DNA of 64,000 nucleotides, taken from assembly GCF_044704955.1 (NCBI RefSeq), contig NW_027254672.1, positions 62,001 to 126,000 on the forward strand. The letters are read 5' to 3'. The first letter of the stretch is position 1. The number at the start of each line of letters is the position of its first letter. The translations under genes and the position numbers were made by a program. Of the stretch, positions 13,021 to 24,528 are shown piece by piece. The notes under the pieces are model-generated. The model was not told where the DNA came from, searched no databases, and worked only from the letters and a program-made list of their open reading frames with translations. The DNA comes from Pristiophorus japonicus. Its lineage: Eukaryota.

Positions 13021-13422
13021 ATCTGGAGGACTTGGGCATGTTGGGGACAATTTTCCCATAATTAACACTAACACCCACCCCTCCGATGCTCTCCCGCACT
13101 GCGTGGGGGGGGCAGAGGGTGGCAGGGGGTTAATATCAGGGTCGATTTAATGGTTTAGAGCTCTCTAAATTATTCCTATTACTGCACTTTTCCCTCAACA
13201 TGTATTTTACCGTTGAATCCTGTGTGTGAGATTTTGTCCCACCATGTGCTCACAATTATTTGTTCTGTTAAAAACAAATTGAGTTTGGCCCAGATTTCAC
13301 CCTCCATTCTGTAGTTAAAACTCAGTGTTACTGTAAAAGGAACAGCTTGTATAACATTTAAACAAGATGCTTGTACATAACATTATTAGGTATAAAACCA
13401 ATATAACATAGAAGGTACTTAC

Positions 13423-13771
13423 TGGTTACTTTCAGCCGGGTTCCATTTCCATAGATTGTTCCCCAAAATACCACAGATATAGTCAGCGCTGTCTCTGCGC
13501 TGCATACCTCTGATGGTCAGAATGTAGCTGTTACTGGCATCATCTCTGGAGAGCTGAAACCGCTCAGAGAAACTGTGTGATCGGTCAACCCTGCCACCTA
13601 CATAATGAGTAAATATTTTGTGTTTCCTATCCTGTGAGAGGTACCAGTGTACAGTATATTTATCCACATTCACATTGCTGCTCTCCAGGGTACACCGAAA
13701 CTTCACCATCCCACCCTCGGGCACCGTCACAACTTCTGGGGACTGGATAAGAACCGGACTTGTCTTTAGAC
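13423..13771 (-). pseudogene. Germline-joined VJ-type Ig/TCR-like V-set exon (V1), 1-nt frameshift in the CDR3 region
   Basis: Acceptor ttcacAG|GT at 13773-13772, donor ACCA|GTAAGT at 13422-13421. Translation PVLIQSPEVVTVPEGGMVKFRC...HWY...ERFQLSRDDASNSYILTI...DSADYIC. Removing one base from the T4G4 run (13461-13468) gives CGIWGTIYGNGTRLKVT and a 348-nt phase-1/phase-1 exon. Confidence 0.92.
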
Positions 13772-13894
13772 CTGTGAATAGTAAATAACTGATGATCAGA
13801 ACTGATGAGGAACAACAAAAAGTAATAACTTGAAATGGAAGTGGCGATGAGGTCACGACGCGTGTGTGTAACCCCGCTCTACCCTTCACTTAAG

Positions 13895-14347
13895 GTGAGA
13901 GTATTCAGCATTCAGAAACATCGGTCCACTGGGCCACCAGGGAGGGGCCAGGCCACTGACCCTGTTGCCGGCCCGGCTGAACCCGGGGCAATAATTGGCC
14001 GGCCGATCGGGAAGTCGGCCGGCAAAAATAAAAACATGGTGGCCGCGGCAGTGGGCCCTCCCCTTGAAGGGCCGCCACGCTGTCGTGCTGCACACAGGCA
14101 GAACAAGGTGCACCAACAGAAAAAGCTGTCGGGGGCACCATGCAGCGGCTCATGGATTTTTTAAAGTAACTTTGGGGCAGATTGCAATGGAGGTGCGGGA
14201 TAGCGGCGGTGCGTGCTTTGATGACGCGCTTGTGGCTGAATTTGGGTCGGGGTGGCCAATGGACTGCAACATGGCGGCCACTCGATTTCACCACGTGACC
14301 GTCGCAAAACGGCGGTAACCGGCCTTACACGGACCCTGAATTTCAGC
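13895..14347. mobile_element. GC-rich fragment, probably a non-autonomous DNA transposon
   Basis: CpG-rich block with an abrupt end at ctgaatttcagc; no coding motifs. Family not determined. Confidence 0.35.
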
Positions 14348-14749
14348 TAGTTGTTTTAAACATATCCTGAGCTTAGCTCTTTAACATCACACTGTACTGG
14401 CCAACAGTGTCAGCCTAGCTTCTTGTGCTCAAGTCTCTGGAGAGGGACTTGACCTGAGCCATGGCTGACACACAGCAGGGAGGGATCGAGGGGGTGGAAC
14501 ATTGGGTTGGAGGCAGGCCTGAAGGGCAAAAGGTGTGCTGGTGTTGGGTGGGTATCAACAGGGCTCCGCGTGAGCGACAGGGCGAGCTCGGCCAGGAGCA
14601 GTGCAGCTTCCCCCAGTTAGAGGCCGACCACAAAGCCCCAGGCAGAAAATCATCACAGAGCAGTTTAGTCAGGGGGTGGGCCATTTTATTGGGAGGTTAA
14701 AATATTCCTGCATTTTTCTATCAGTTACGTTTTAACTTGTGTTGTTTAC

Positions 14750-14780
14750 CTGTGTGTAACCAGAGAGCTCAGGGGAACAT
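14750..14780 (-). other. Possible degenerate leader exon for the V exon(s)
   Basis: ATG TTC CCC TGA GCT CTC TGG TTA CAC ACA G|GTAAAC. Phase 1 is compatible with V1, and two CCAAT boxes lie upstream (about 14810 and 14880). It is short and has an in-frame TGA. Confidence 0.25.
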
Positions 14781-14951
14781 GTTTTACAAAAGTATTTTGA
14801 GTGGTTTGATTGGTTGACCTACCGTTCTTTTCTGTTGCTGGATCTAGTGTCCTGTGTGCTGTAGTTATGAAGTTCTGATTGGTTGTATCTGAAAGGATTT
14901 TTAAAAAGAGGTGTGATTTGATTGCTTCAGATTGTGTCATGTCCTGAATCA

Positions 14952-17900
14952 CCGACCCCGATATTAACGCAGAGACGGGAACAGAGCGCGTGGGGCGGGA
15001 ACATAAGAACATAAGAACATAAGAATTAAGAATAGCAGTAGGCCATCTAGCCCCTTGAGCCTGCTCCGCCATTCAATAAGATCATGGCTGATCTGGCCGT
15101 GGACTCAGCTCCACTTACCCGCCCGCTCCCCGTAACCCTTAATTCCCTTATTGGTTAAAAATCTATCTATCTGTGACTTGAATACATTCAGTGAGCTAGC
15201 CTCAACTGCTTCCTTGGGCAGAGAATTCCACAGATTCACAACCCTCTGGGAGAAGAAATTCCTTCTCAACTCGGTTTTAAATTGGCTCCCCCGTATTTTG
15301 AGGCTGTGCCCCCTAGTTCTAGTCTCCCCCACCAGTGGAAACAACCTCTCTGCCTCTATCTTGTCTATCCCTTTCATTATTTTAAATGTTTCGATAAGAT
15401 CACCCATCATCCTTCTGAACTCCAAGGAGTAAAGACCCAGTCTACTCAATCTATCATCATAAGGTAACTCCCTCATCTCCGGAATCAGCCAAGTGAATCA
15501 TCTCTGTACCCCCTCCAAAGCCAGTGACCAAAACTGCACGCAGTACTCCAGGTGTGGCCTTACCAATACCCTATACAGTTGCAGCAGGACCTCCCTGATT
15601 TTGTACTCCATCCCTCTCGCAATGAAGGCCAACATTCCATTCACCTTCCTGATTACCTGCTGCACCTGCAAACTAACTTTTTGGGATTCATGCACAAGGA
15701 CCCCCAGGTCCCTCTGCACCTCAGCATGTTGTAATTTCTCCCCATTCAAATAATATTCCCTTTTACTGTTTTTTTTTCCCAAGGTGGATGACCTCACACT
15801 TTCCGACATTGTATTCCATCTGCCAAACCTTAGCCCATTCGCTTAACCTATCCAAATCTCTTTGCAGCCTCTCTGTGTCCTCCACCCACTTTCCCACTAA
15901 TCTTTGTGTCATCTGCAAATTTTGTTACACTACACTCTGTCCCCTCTTCCAGGTCATCTATGTATATTGTAAACAGTTGTGGTCCCAGCACCGATCCCTG
16001 TGGCACACCACTAACCACCGATTTCCAACCCCAAAAGGACCCATTTATCCCGACTCTCTGCTTTGTGTTAGCCAGCCAATTCTATATCCATGCTAATACA
16101 TTTCCTCTGACTCCGCGTTCCTCTATCTTCTGCAGTAACCTTTTGTGTGGCACCTTATCGAATGCCTTTTGGAAATCTAAATACAACACATCCATCGGTA
16201 CACCTCTATCCACCATGCTCGTTATATCCTCAAAGAATTCCAGTAAATTAGTTAAACATGATTTCCCCTTCATGAATCCATGTTGTGTCTGCTTGATTGC
16301 ACTATTCCTATCTAGATGTCCCGCTATTTCTTCCTTAATGATAGTTTCAAGCATTTTCCCCACTATAGATGTTAAACTAACCGGCCTATCGTTACCTGCC
16401 TTTTGTCTGCCCCCTTTTTTAAACAGAGGCGTTACATTAGCTGCTTTCCAATTCGCTGGTACCTCCCCAGAGTCCAGAGAATTTTGGTAGATTATAACGA
16501 ATGTATCTGCTATAATTCCGCCATCTCTTTTAATACCCTGGGATGCATTTCATCAGGACCAGGGGACTTGTCTACCTTGAGTCCCATTAGCCTGTCCAGC
16601 ACTAACCCCTAGTGATCATGATTGTCTCAAGGTCCTCCCTTCCCACATTCCTGTGACCAGCAATATTTGGCATTGTTTTTGTGTCTTCCACTGTGAAGAC
16701 TGAAGCAAAATAATTGTTTAAGGTCTCAGCCATTTCCACATTTCCCATTATTAAATCCCCCTTCTTATCTTCTAAGGGACCAACATTTACTTTAGTCACT
16801 CTTTTCCGTTTTATATATCTGTAAAAGCTTTTACTGTCTGTTTTTATGTTTTGCGCAAGTTTACCTTCGTAATCTATCTTTCCTTTCTTTATTGTTTTTT
16901 AGTCATGCTTTGCTGTTGTTAAAAATTTTCCCAATCTTCTAGTTTCCCACTAACCTTGGCCACCTTATACGCATTGGTCTTTGATTTGATACTCTCCTTT
17001 ATTTCCTCGGTTATCCACGGCTTGTTATCCCTTCTCTTACCGCCCTTCTTTTTCACTGGAATATATTTTTGTTGAGCACTATGAAAGAGCTCCTTAAAAG
17101 TCCTCCACTGTTCCTCAATTGTGCCACCGTTTAGTCTGTGTTTCCAGTCTACTTTAGCCAACTCTGCCCTCATCCCACTGTAGTCCCCTTTGTTGAAGCA
17201 TAGTACGCTTGTATCTGGGATATAACGAGCGACTGTCCCGCAGCATCGCCAGACCAGGAAATCTGGCTGATTTTAACTGCCGGGCCTCATTTGAATATAG
17301 CTCCCGGGTTCATCATCTTCTCTGTGCATCGGTGGAAGTGACGCAGACCCGCGTGATGCAATTTCCCGGCGCCAATTCCAAGGTTCAGCTCAGCACGGAA
17401 ATGGAGGAAGAGGTTCGCGCTTTCTACACAGAGGACAGAAGAAGAGGAACTGTGAGAGGCTGCGGAAAGTGGGAAGGTTGCCGCTATGCCCCCATTTCAC
17501 AGAAGCTTCCCCTGATGTTCTGCTGGGGGCTGTCAGAGCCAGGAGGGACGGGCTAGTTCCCACCAGCAGGAAAAGGAAAGCTGCTGTCACAGCTCAAGGT
17601 GTGAGTGGAGGCGGCAGAAGTCAGGAGCAGGAGTGTGACCAGGAGGTTGTAGATTCAGTGCTGTTAACGGTTCAATGACTTGACTAGGTCAGGGAAGGTC
17701 AGTCGATGGCTATCTGCACCCGAATCCTCCAACGCACACCTCCTCTCATCCTCACTCCCTTCACAAGCTCATCACCCTCTTCCTCACTCCACCACTGTCA
17801 GTAACCGCAATTCTCATCTCATCTGACCTAAATCACCTCCACCCACTCTCATTACACATCCTGAGGTGGCACCGTGACCACGTTCCTCAAAGGCATGCCA

Positions 17901-18438
17901 TTCTCACTCCTTATGCATCTGCCTGATTCTCACCTTCACCATATGCAGTGCACCCATCGGATGCCACTCACAGGGCTGCAGGATGAAGAGAGCGCAGAAT
18001 GCCAGGGAAAGGGCCAGGACCAGAGGAGGGCTGCAGGAAATTGTTAAGAGGAGGCGCTGGTGATCCGTGACATCTCAAGCACTGTGAGCATTGGAGATGG
18101 AGAGGTTGGCGGAGCAGGGCGACTGCTTTAATCTTTCATACCTGCACCTCCCACAAAGCAACATCACCCACAGTGGGCTTCACAACATCATCACCTGATC
18201 AAGTGCTTCATGGGCATATCAACAATTACAAAGTACCATCTCCAAATATTATCTCTTCCTTCTCGCCCCAGTGCCATCACATGAAGAACCCGAGCCACTG
18301 CCCAGGGAGGATGAAGATTCCTCGAGGACCTTATACCTGCGGAGGATGTACCATCACAGGTTACATGCATTGCAGGCACCAGTGCAGATACCAGCACCTC
18401 GGTGATTCTCACTGCACAAATCAACATGAGCAGAGTGG
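14952..18438 (+). mobile_element. PIF/Harbinger element A, left part, with Myb/SANT-like gene remnant
   Basis: Terminus cgaccccgatattaac (an inverted copy lies at about 13129-13144). Myb-like remnant at 17470-17697: PHFTEASPDVLLGAVRARRD...RFNDLTRSGK|gtcagt. Second exon at about 17980-18115 (KRAQNARERART). Split by the CR1 at 15001-17210. Confidence 0.7.
15001..17210 (-). mobile_element. CR1 LINE, 5'-truncated
   Basis: (acataaga)n tail at 15001. RT motifs QHGFMKGKSCLTNL and YLDFQKAFDKVPH. Confidence 0.9.
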
Positions 18439-19022
18439 TGGTGAGAATACATACTGAACATGGATATTAAATGTATACAGACATTTAAGTCGAGAAGTTG
18501 AGAACATGGGAATTATATATGGACAGTATAAGCTAACAAAGAATTCATGGAGGAATAGCCATGACATCTCAGACTCGAGACTGCAAAATGTTACAACACT
18601 AACACATATTGAAACAAAACCCACAGCTTGCAGAAAAACCTCAAGGTCTTATTAAATCATGTTATTAACCTGAAACATTAACAGAAGGTCTTTGTTTAAA
18701 ATCAGACCATACTTAGGTCGGCTTATGAGTGGACAAAGGGAAAGAGGGATCAAAAGGGATAGGCTGAACTAGGATGTCACTCTAGCCCTATCTTGTTATC
18801 TTTTACCGAAAATGTATAACCTTCGTCCCTTTACAATGTAAAGTCACTTTGTCCGTAGGAAGTGAGTGCGTTCTATCAGAGTTGCATTCCTTCTGTCTGA
18901 TAAGGTCCCCGATCGGGATTTGCTTTTTAAATAAAAGCTTGCTTTGTTTAAAGCACAATCGGTATTCGACTCAGTGATTTCACTGAACCAGATTGAGGGA
19001 AAATAATCCAGAAATCAACATT

Positions 19023-19040
19023 TGGTGTCAGAAGTGGGAT
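19023..19040 (+). promoter_or_regulatory. Primer-binding site, tRNA-Leu
   Basis: TGGTGTCAGAAGTGGGAT is complementary to the 3' 18 nt of vertebrate tRNA-Leu(CAA) and starts 2 nt after the LTR CA end. Confidence 0.85.
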
Positions 19041-21090
19041 CTCCATGGACGACTGCTGAAAACTTGCGAATTAAGAGCCAGACTAGCCTTGGACGAGACG
19101 AGGGGAAAGTGGCCACTGGAGTAAGTATACTTTCAATACTGCTCCAGTTTCCCCCGGTTTCAAAAGTCTGAGGAAAGTTTAGCCACTCGCTGGTTCTCAG
19201 GTAGTGTCTGAACGAGATCCAGGACAATCTGGTGAATACCTTTCAAACTTAGAATAGGGATAGAGATAGGGAAATTGCGCGGTGACGCAAACCAAGCGGC
19301 GACTTGGAAAGATAGGTTAGAATAGGTAAGTCTGCCTGGGTTCGAGGCCCAGAGCCTGACTGGGTTCGAGGTCCAATGTCTGTGTGGGTTCGAGGCCCAA
19401 GTAAAACCGCGCGGCAACGCGGAGAGAGAGAGAGAATCGCGCGAACCGCGTAGGGAAACGCGGAGGTTAGGGAATTACGTAAAATTAAGCCGTGGGACTA
19501 CGCGGGACTGTGTAAATTTTAAATTGTACTTACGCCAGGTACGGCGTCAATCTTGTATATCACTTGGTCCACCTAGACTCTGGGTAAGATAACTGAAACC
19601 ACCACGGGGCGACGTGGAGACAATCAGGACTAATTAGGACCCTGATCCAACGTGCAGCGACACAGGATGGGTAATTTAGATAAAACTACGAATTCCCTGA
19701 AAGGTCATGGATCCAAAAATAGAGCCGGCCAAAACAATTAATAGGAAAGAAGAGAGACTCTTGTGAATGTCTGTTTTAAATGAGAAATGCTTATGTGATT
19801 TTTACTGTGGAAAAGAAAGCCGGGGAGTTGTGGTTTGTTTTAGCTCCACCCACTTTTTCAAACAGAATGAAAGTTTTTTTAACCCTTCGTAGTGTTGTCC
19901 TGTATGTGGGAAGTTTAAGAGTGTGAGCCTTATTGAATTACGTATATTCGGATGATAAGTTACGGAGCCAGGAAATGCACAAAGGATAGGTTTGTTGAGT
20001 AAAAAAAGAAAAAAAAACATGGTCCCGGTGGTTAAAAAAGGATTTGACATGCTCACTTACTTGTCGAAAGAAAACATGCAATGATTGATTACATTACAAA
20101 GTTTGAATCGGGATTTTGAGATATTCAGAGAAGGCACAGCAAAACAACTGAGATGGATTCAAAAGGATTCAAAAAAAAAATATTATATTAAATCTGCAGT
20201 TTAGAAGAAATAGTATAACACGACCTTGAGGCTGGAACAATTGAGATAACGAAAAGCAGTCCACAGCCTACGTGCCAGACTTCCCTCTAGTTGTGGAAAA
20301 GATGAAAAAAAAGACGTAACGTACTAAATAGGTGCTGAAAAAAAAATGTTCTGAGATTTTAAATTATGAGAAAAGTTCCATTGCAGTTTAAAAAAAAATG
20401 CATCACTCCTGTCGAGTTGGCAGAAAAACTCCATTAAATTAAGGCTTTCATTGACAGAAGGAGGACATATTAAAAACCGTAGACATCTTAAAGAAAGAGT
20501 GCATGCACGAGAAATGTACTCAGAGATCCACTGGGACCTCTGAGAAAGGTATCGATAGACTACGTAGTTAAAATGGTTGGCTTTGCATTCACTGAGGCTG
20601 ATGACAAAATTGAATTTCAGTAAACAAATAGCTATTAAAAATGTGTGGTCTCGTTTTAAATCAATTAAAAAAAATATCTTTGGCAAGTACTTGAATAAGA
20701 AGTTAAAAAATATTGGCGTTTAATCAAATGCTGCCTTTCCTGATGAAAAGATTTTTTTTCAGATGGTTACGCGAAGTCACGTAATGACATCAGGTCTTCT
20801 TACAAACCTGTAAAGGAGTTAACCCTTTCCATTGACAGCTGTTTCATACTGAACATTATCAATTTGGATTTCTTCATAGAAAAAAGACCCACCTAACAGA
20901 GGAATGGTGCGATAGTCAGAATAAAAATAAAAACAGAACTAGCTTATGTAATAATACTTGCCTGATACAATAAAGAAATAGATACTCAAACAAAACAAAT
21001 TGAAGAGTTAAAAGGCTAAGATAAATAAGCTGAAAGGGATCCACAAACCCAACTTAACCCTGACCTCCGATTTCACGGAGTGACCTCGAC

Positions 21091-21978
21091 ATGCATGGAT
21101 ATAATGCAGAATCAAGGGACCTGTGGGCCCTCGTAAAGCCAACCCTGAGCCCAACTGAGCAAGCCCGATTTCTAACTCACCTAGGACGTGCTACTCATGA
21201 TGCATTGTTGGTTGCTCACCCTAACGATGTCCAGGATCGCCTAAACACTAATGCTCTCACCACGACCCTTCAGAAGCCCATCAGTATGGCCGCAGTATTA
21301 GAAACTAAACCCAAACGAGAAGAAACTGCCGATGAATTCATGGAAAGATTTATTGAAATATACGGAAGTCAATCAGGAGATAATGCCTTCAGGGCAGGAG
21401 AGGATTCTCCTCAATTCTGCGCTATCCTACTTCAGTGCCTGCCCTATTCGGTTGCTCACGCTATCCGGACAAATAATATGAATTGGGCAGATAACAGTAA
21501 AGCCCAGATGGAAAGGGCGGTTAAATATTATTGGCAGGAAAAGAAAGGAGAGGGGGGAGGTGCGCCCCCAACCCGGGTCAAGACTGAATACGTGACTAGA
21601 AAGGAAGAGCCGCCTCGGGTGGAAGGACCAAAACCCGACCCAAGGGGATACCAGATGGAACCGCAGTGTTGCGTGCAGGGTTGGTGGATAAACAGGGATA
21701 CGGTTATATCAAACACCCAAATGGCCCGGGCCCTGCTAATTACGGACCGCCCTACTGTCCCCGGCCTGGTATGGGAAGAGGTCGGGGCTGGGAAAGACGA
21801 GATGGATGCTTTATTTGTGGGCAAGAAGGACATTGGAATAGAAATTGTCCCTCCCGTCAGCACGAAAAAGGAAGAGGAGGAAGAGGAGTGGGGCAAGGGG
21901 GGAAGAGGACGGGGATCTTGCACTAACTTCTCCCAGAACAACCCCTTTGGCCAACCGTCCCCCGATTATTCGTATTGA
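21091..21978 (+). pseudogene. gag: ERV gag (CA-NC), frameshifted
   Basis: Capsid-like ORF; the zinc knuckle lies in the shifted frame 21666-21926. Ends at TGA 21976-21978. Confidence 0.85.
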
Positions 21979-23733
21979 CTACGTAGCTTGATTGTGCAGG
22001 GACCCTCCCCGGATGACGAACCGATGATATTGTTAAAAATTCGGAATGAGTGGCAACCCTTCTTGATAGATACGGGAGCCTTCATTTCTTCTGTACAATC
22101 AAAGCTTAAACTCCCCGCCTTCACTGAAACACAGGGACTGTCAGGATTCCCAGGACAAGTCTCTACATTCCTGGTGTCAGAACCGGTTAAAATGGGTTAC
22201 CAGGAAGAATCGGTGGAACGTCGATTTGTTATCACAACCAATCTGGACTGTAACTTGATGGCTAGAGACCTCCTCTGCAAATTCCAGTTGCATTTGGAGT
22301 GTGGAGATGATGGGATTATGGTAAAACAAGGAACCCTGAAGCGGCAGTATTATACCACTAGAACCCCTCAGTGGTGGTCTCTGGACCTGCCGCAGGCACC
22401 CTATCACGTGACCCTAGCATACGATCCCAGTGGAAAGAATCAGGAGCTGCAGAACTTTTATCAGGATCACGAAGAGGAAGTGAAGGAAATTCTATTAAGG
22501 GCTAGAGTGACTGGACCGGAAGGGAAGGCAGATTTTGTGGAAATGGACAGCCCCCAACGGTGGCACCACATATTACTCGTGAAGTATTACCTCCCCACCA
22601 CGCTAAAGATTTGGGAGTTATGGTGCGCCAGGCTATAGACGAGGCTGACCCTACCAGCCGGGATGTGCAAACTGTAAAACATGGCCTAACAGTCCAATTC
22701 CACGGGGACCCCGAGAAGGTCTTAACAACTCTGCAGCATCATACTGGCTCTGACATACCTGACTATGTGGATCCTCATGTGTGGGCAGAGGACCCCTCCC
22801 AAGTGGGTTATACTCCCATTGATCCGATTGAGATCCCAGTGCAGGGCAATGTGGACTGGCCCTCTATCCGACAGTACCCACTGAAATCACAGGCAATACC
22901 GAGTATCCACCGAGCTCTGGAGGCTAGCCGAGTCGAACCAATTTGCCAGTTTCCAGTCCCTAGCACGGCTAAACAAATGCGCCAGTGGTTGGGGATGATC
23001 AATTACTGCAGATCCTGGATCCCTAATGTTGCCCTGATGACTAAGCACCTCACCCCGTATACAAATAAGGAAGGCAGCTTTGAAATAGAAACCGCAGACG
23101 TCCAAGCCTTTAAGGAACTAAAGACAGCCCTGCTGCAAGCTCCGGCTTTGGTCCGGCCCCTCTATGACCGGCCCTTTTAACTGTATTGTACAATCCTGAA
23201 AGACTGTGCTACCGTTGTCTTAACACCTCTCACTCCGTAGCTGCCCTCCTGGGCCAGTTGCAGACTCAACACCTTACCATGGCCAGGCAAAGCAGATATG
23301 AGATCTACCTACTAAACAATCCTAAGCTGACCTTTCGGCACTGTACTGCAATTAATCCGGCCTGTTTTCTTACTGAGCCGCCCCAAGATGAGGAAGAACC
23401 CAGTCATGACTGTTTATCTTTAATTCAAGAGGCCACATCAGTCAGGGAAGATTTAGTTGATGTACCAATGGAAGATCCAGACTGTATTATGTATGTTGAC
23501 GGAAGTTCTTCTATTAGTCCAGAAGGTACACGAATCTCAGGATACGCCATAGTAAACCAGGAGAATCAGGTCTTGGAATCTGCCGCCTTTGAAACCGCCA
23601 ATTCTGCCCAACAAGCTGAGCTATTCGCCCTCACCCGAGCCTGTATCTTGGCCAAAGACCTCAAAGTCAATATCTATACCGACTCCAGGTATGCCTTTGG
23701 GGTGGCCCATGATTTCGGACAATTATGGAAAAA
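21979..23733 (+). pseudogene. pol: ERV pro-pol remnant: protease, candidate 2H phosphoesterase, deleted RT, RNase H
   Basis: In frame after the gag stop. DTGA; HVT at 22405-22413 and HIT at 22569-22577; RT core missing at about 22908. Confidence 0.85.
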
Positions 23734-24310
23734 TTTTGACCTTTCACCCCACTGGTCACTGCCTGCCATTCTAAAAAGGACCCGTTTATCCCGACTCTCT
23801 GCTTCCTGTCTGCCAACCAGTTCTCTATCCACGTCAATACATTACCCCCAATACCACGTGCTTTAATTTTGTACACCAATCTCTTGTGTGGGACCTTGTC
23901 AAAAGCCTTTAGCAAGTCCAAATATTTTCTCTGAACGTAGATGTTATAACCATGCATCCATTGTGGATAGAAACCGTATTAGCATGTAACTTTAGAATTT
24001 GTTGTCTTTCCGTAATAGTACCTAGTCTATTGGTTTATGCCATGCAGAGGAAGATATCCACGAATCAGGCGGACCAGAGGAACACCGGATATACAGACCC
24101 TGACTGACTTGGCAGAATGTGCTGCAGCACTAGTGGGCAGTCACAGTCGCTCTGCCACCCGCGGTGGTGCAGGTCCCGTTGTTGCACAGCGTGACTAATG
24201 TGTAAAGCAGTGGTAAACCAGAGTCATTTAAAGTCATTTAATGGCATTTCATTATAATATAATAATAATGCCATGTTATGCATGCAGCTTCTGTAGTACT
24301 CTCAGTTAAA

Positions 24311-24528
24311 GAACATAAGAACATAAGAAATAGGAGCAGGAGTGGGCCATACGGCCCCTCGAGCCTGCTCTGCCATTCAATACGATCATGGCTGATCTGA
24401 TCATGGACTCAGCTCCACTTCCCTTCTCGCTCCCCATAACCCTTTACTCCCTTGTCGCTCAAAAGTCTGTCTATCTCTGCCTTAAATATATTCAATGACC
24501 CAGCCTCCACAGCTCTCTGGGGCATAGA
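24311..24528 (-). mobile_element. CR1 3' end fragment
   Basis: gaacataagaacataagaaataggagcaggag tail. Confidence 0.85.

Larger units (their letters stand above)
18439..23733 (+). mobile_element. Endogenous retrovirus (class I/epsilon-like): 5' LTR-gag-pro-pol, 3'-truncated
   Basis: LTR 18439-19020 (TGGTGA...TCAACA, AATAAA at 18930). 18-nt PBS. gag with MHR-like KPKREETADEFMERF and CCHC knuckle CFICGQEGHWNRNC. Protease LIDTGA; RT N- and C-terminal parts; RNase H (YVDGSS, SAQQAEL, IYTDSRYAFG). No integrase, env or 3' LTR. Confidence 0.9.

Noticed and set aside
12277-13074. Pro/Ser/Leu- and Gly/Arg/Glu-rich ORFs
   Set aside because: Translations of the GA-rich minisatellite.
13772-13889. Hydrophobic N-terminus of ORF 13419-13889 as a signal peptide
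   Set aside because: It lies upstream of a good splice acceptor and starts at GTG; most likely intron read-through.
13129-14968. Inverted TIR pair flanking V1, suggesting transposon capture or a RAG-transposon relic
   Set aside because: The two ends appear to belong to separate elements extending away from V1 (right end of one, left end of another), and they do not resemble RSS.
15906-16490. Antisense ORFs over CR1 RT (also 33849-34373 and 57919-58614)
   Set aside because: Shadow frames of LINE ORF2.
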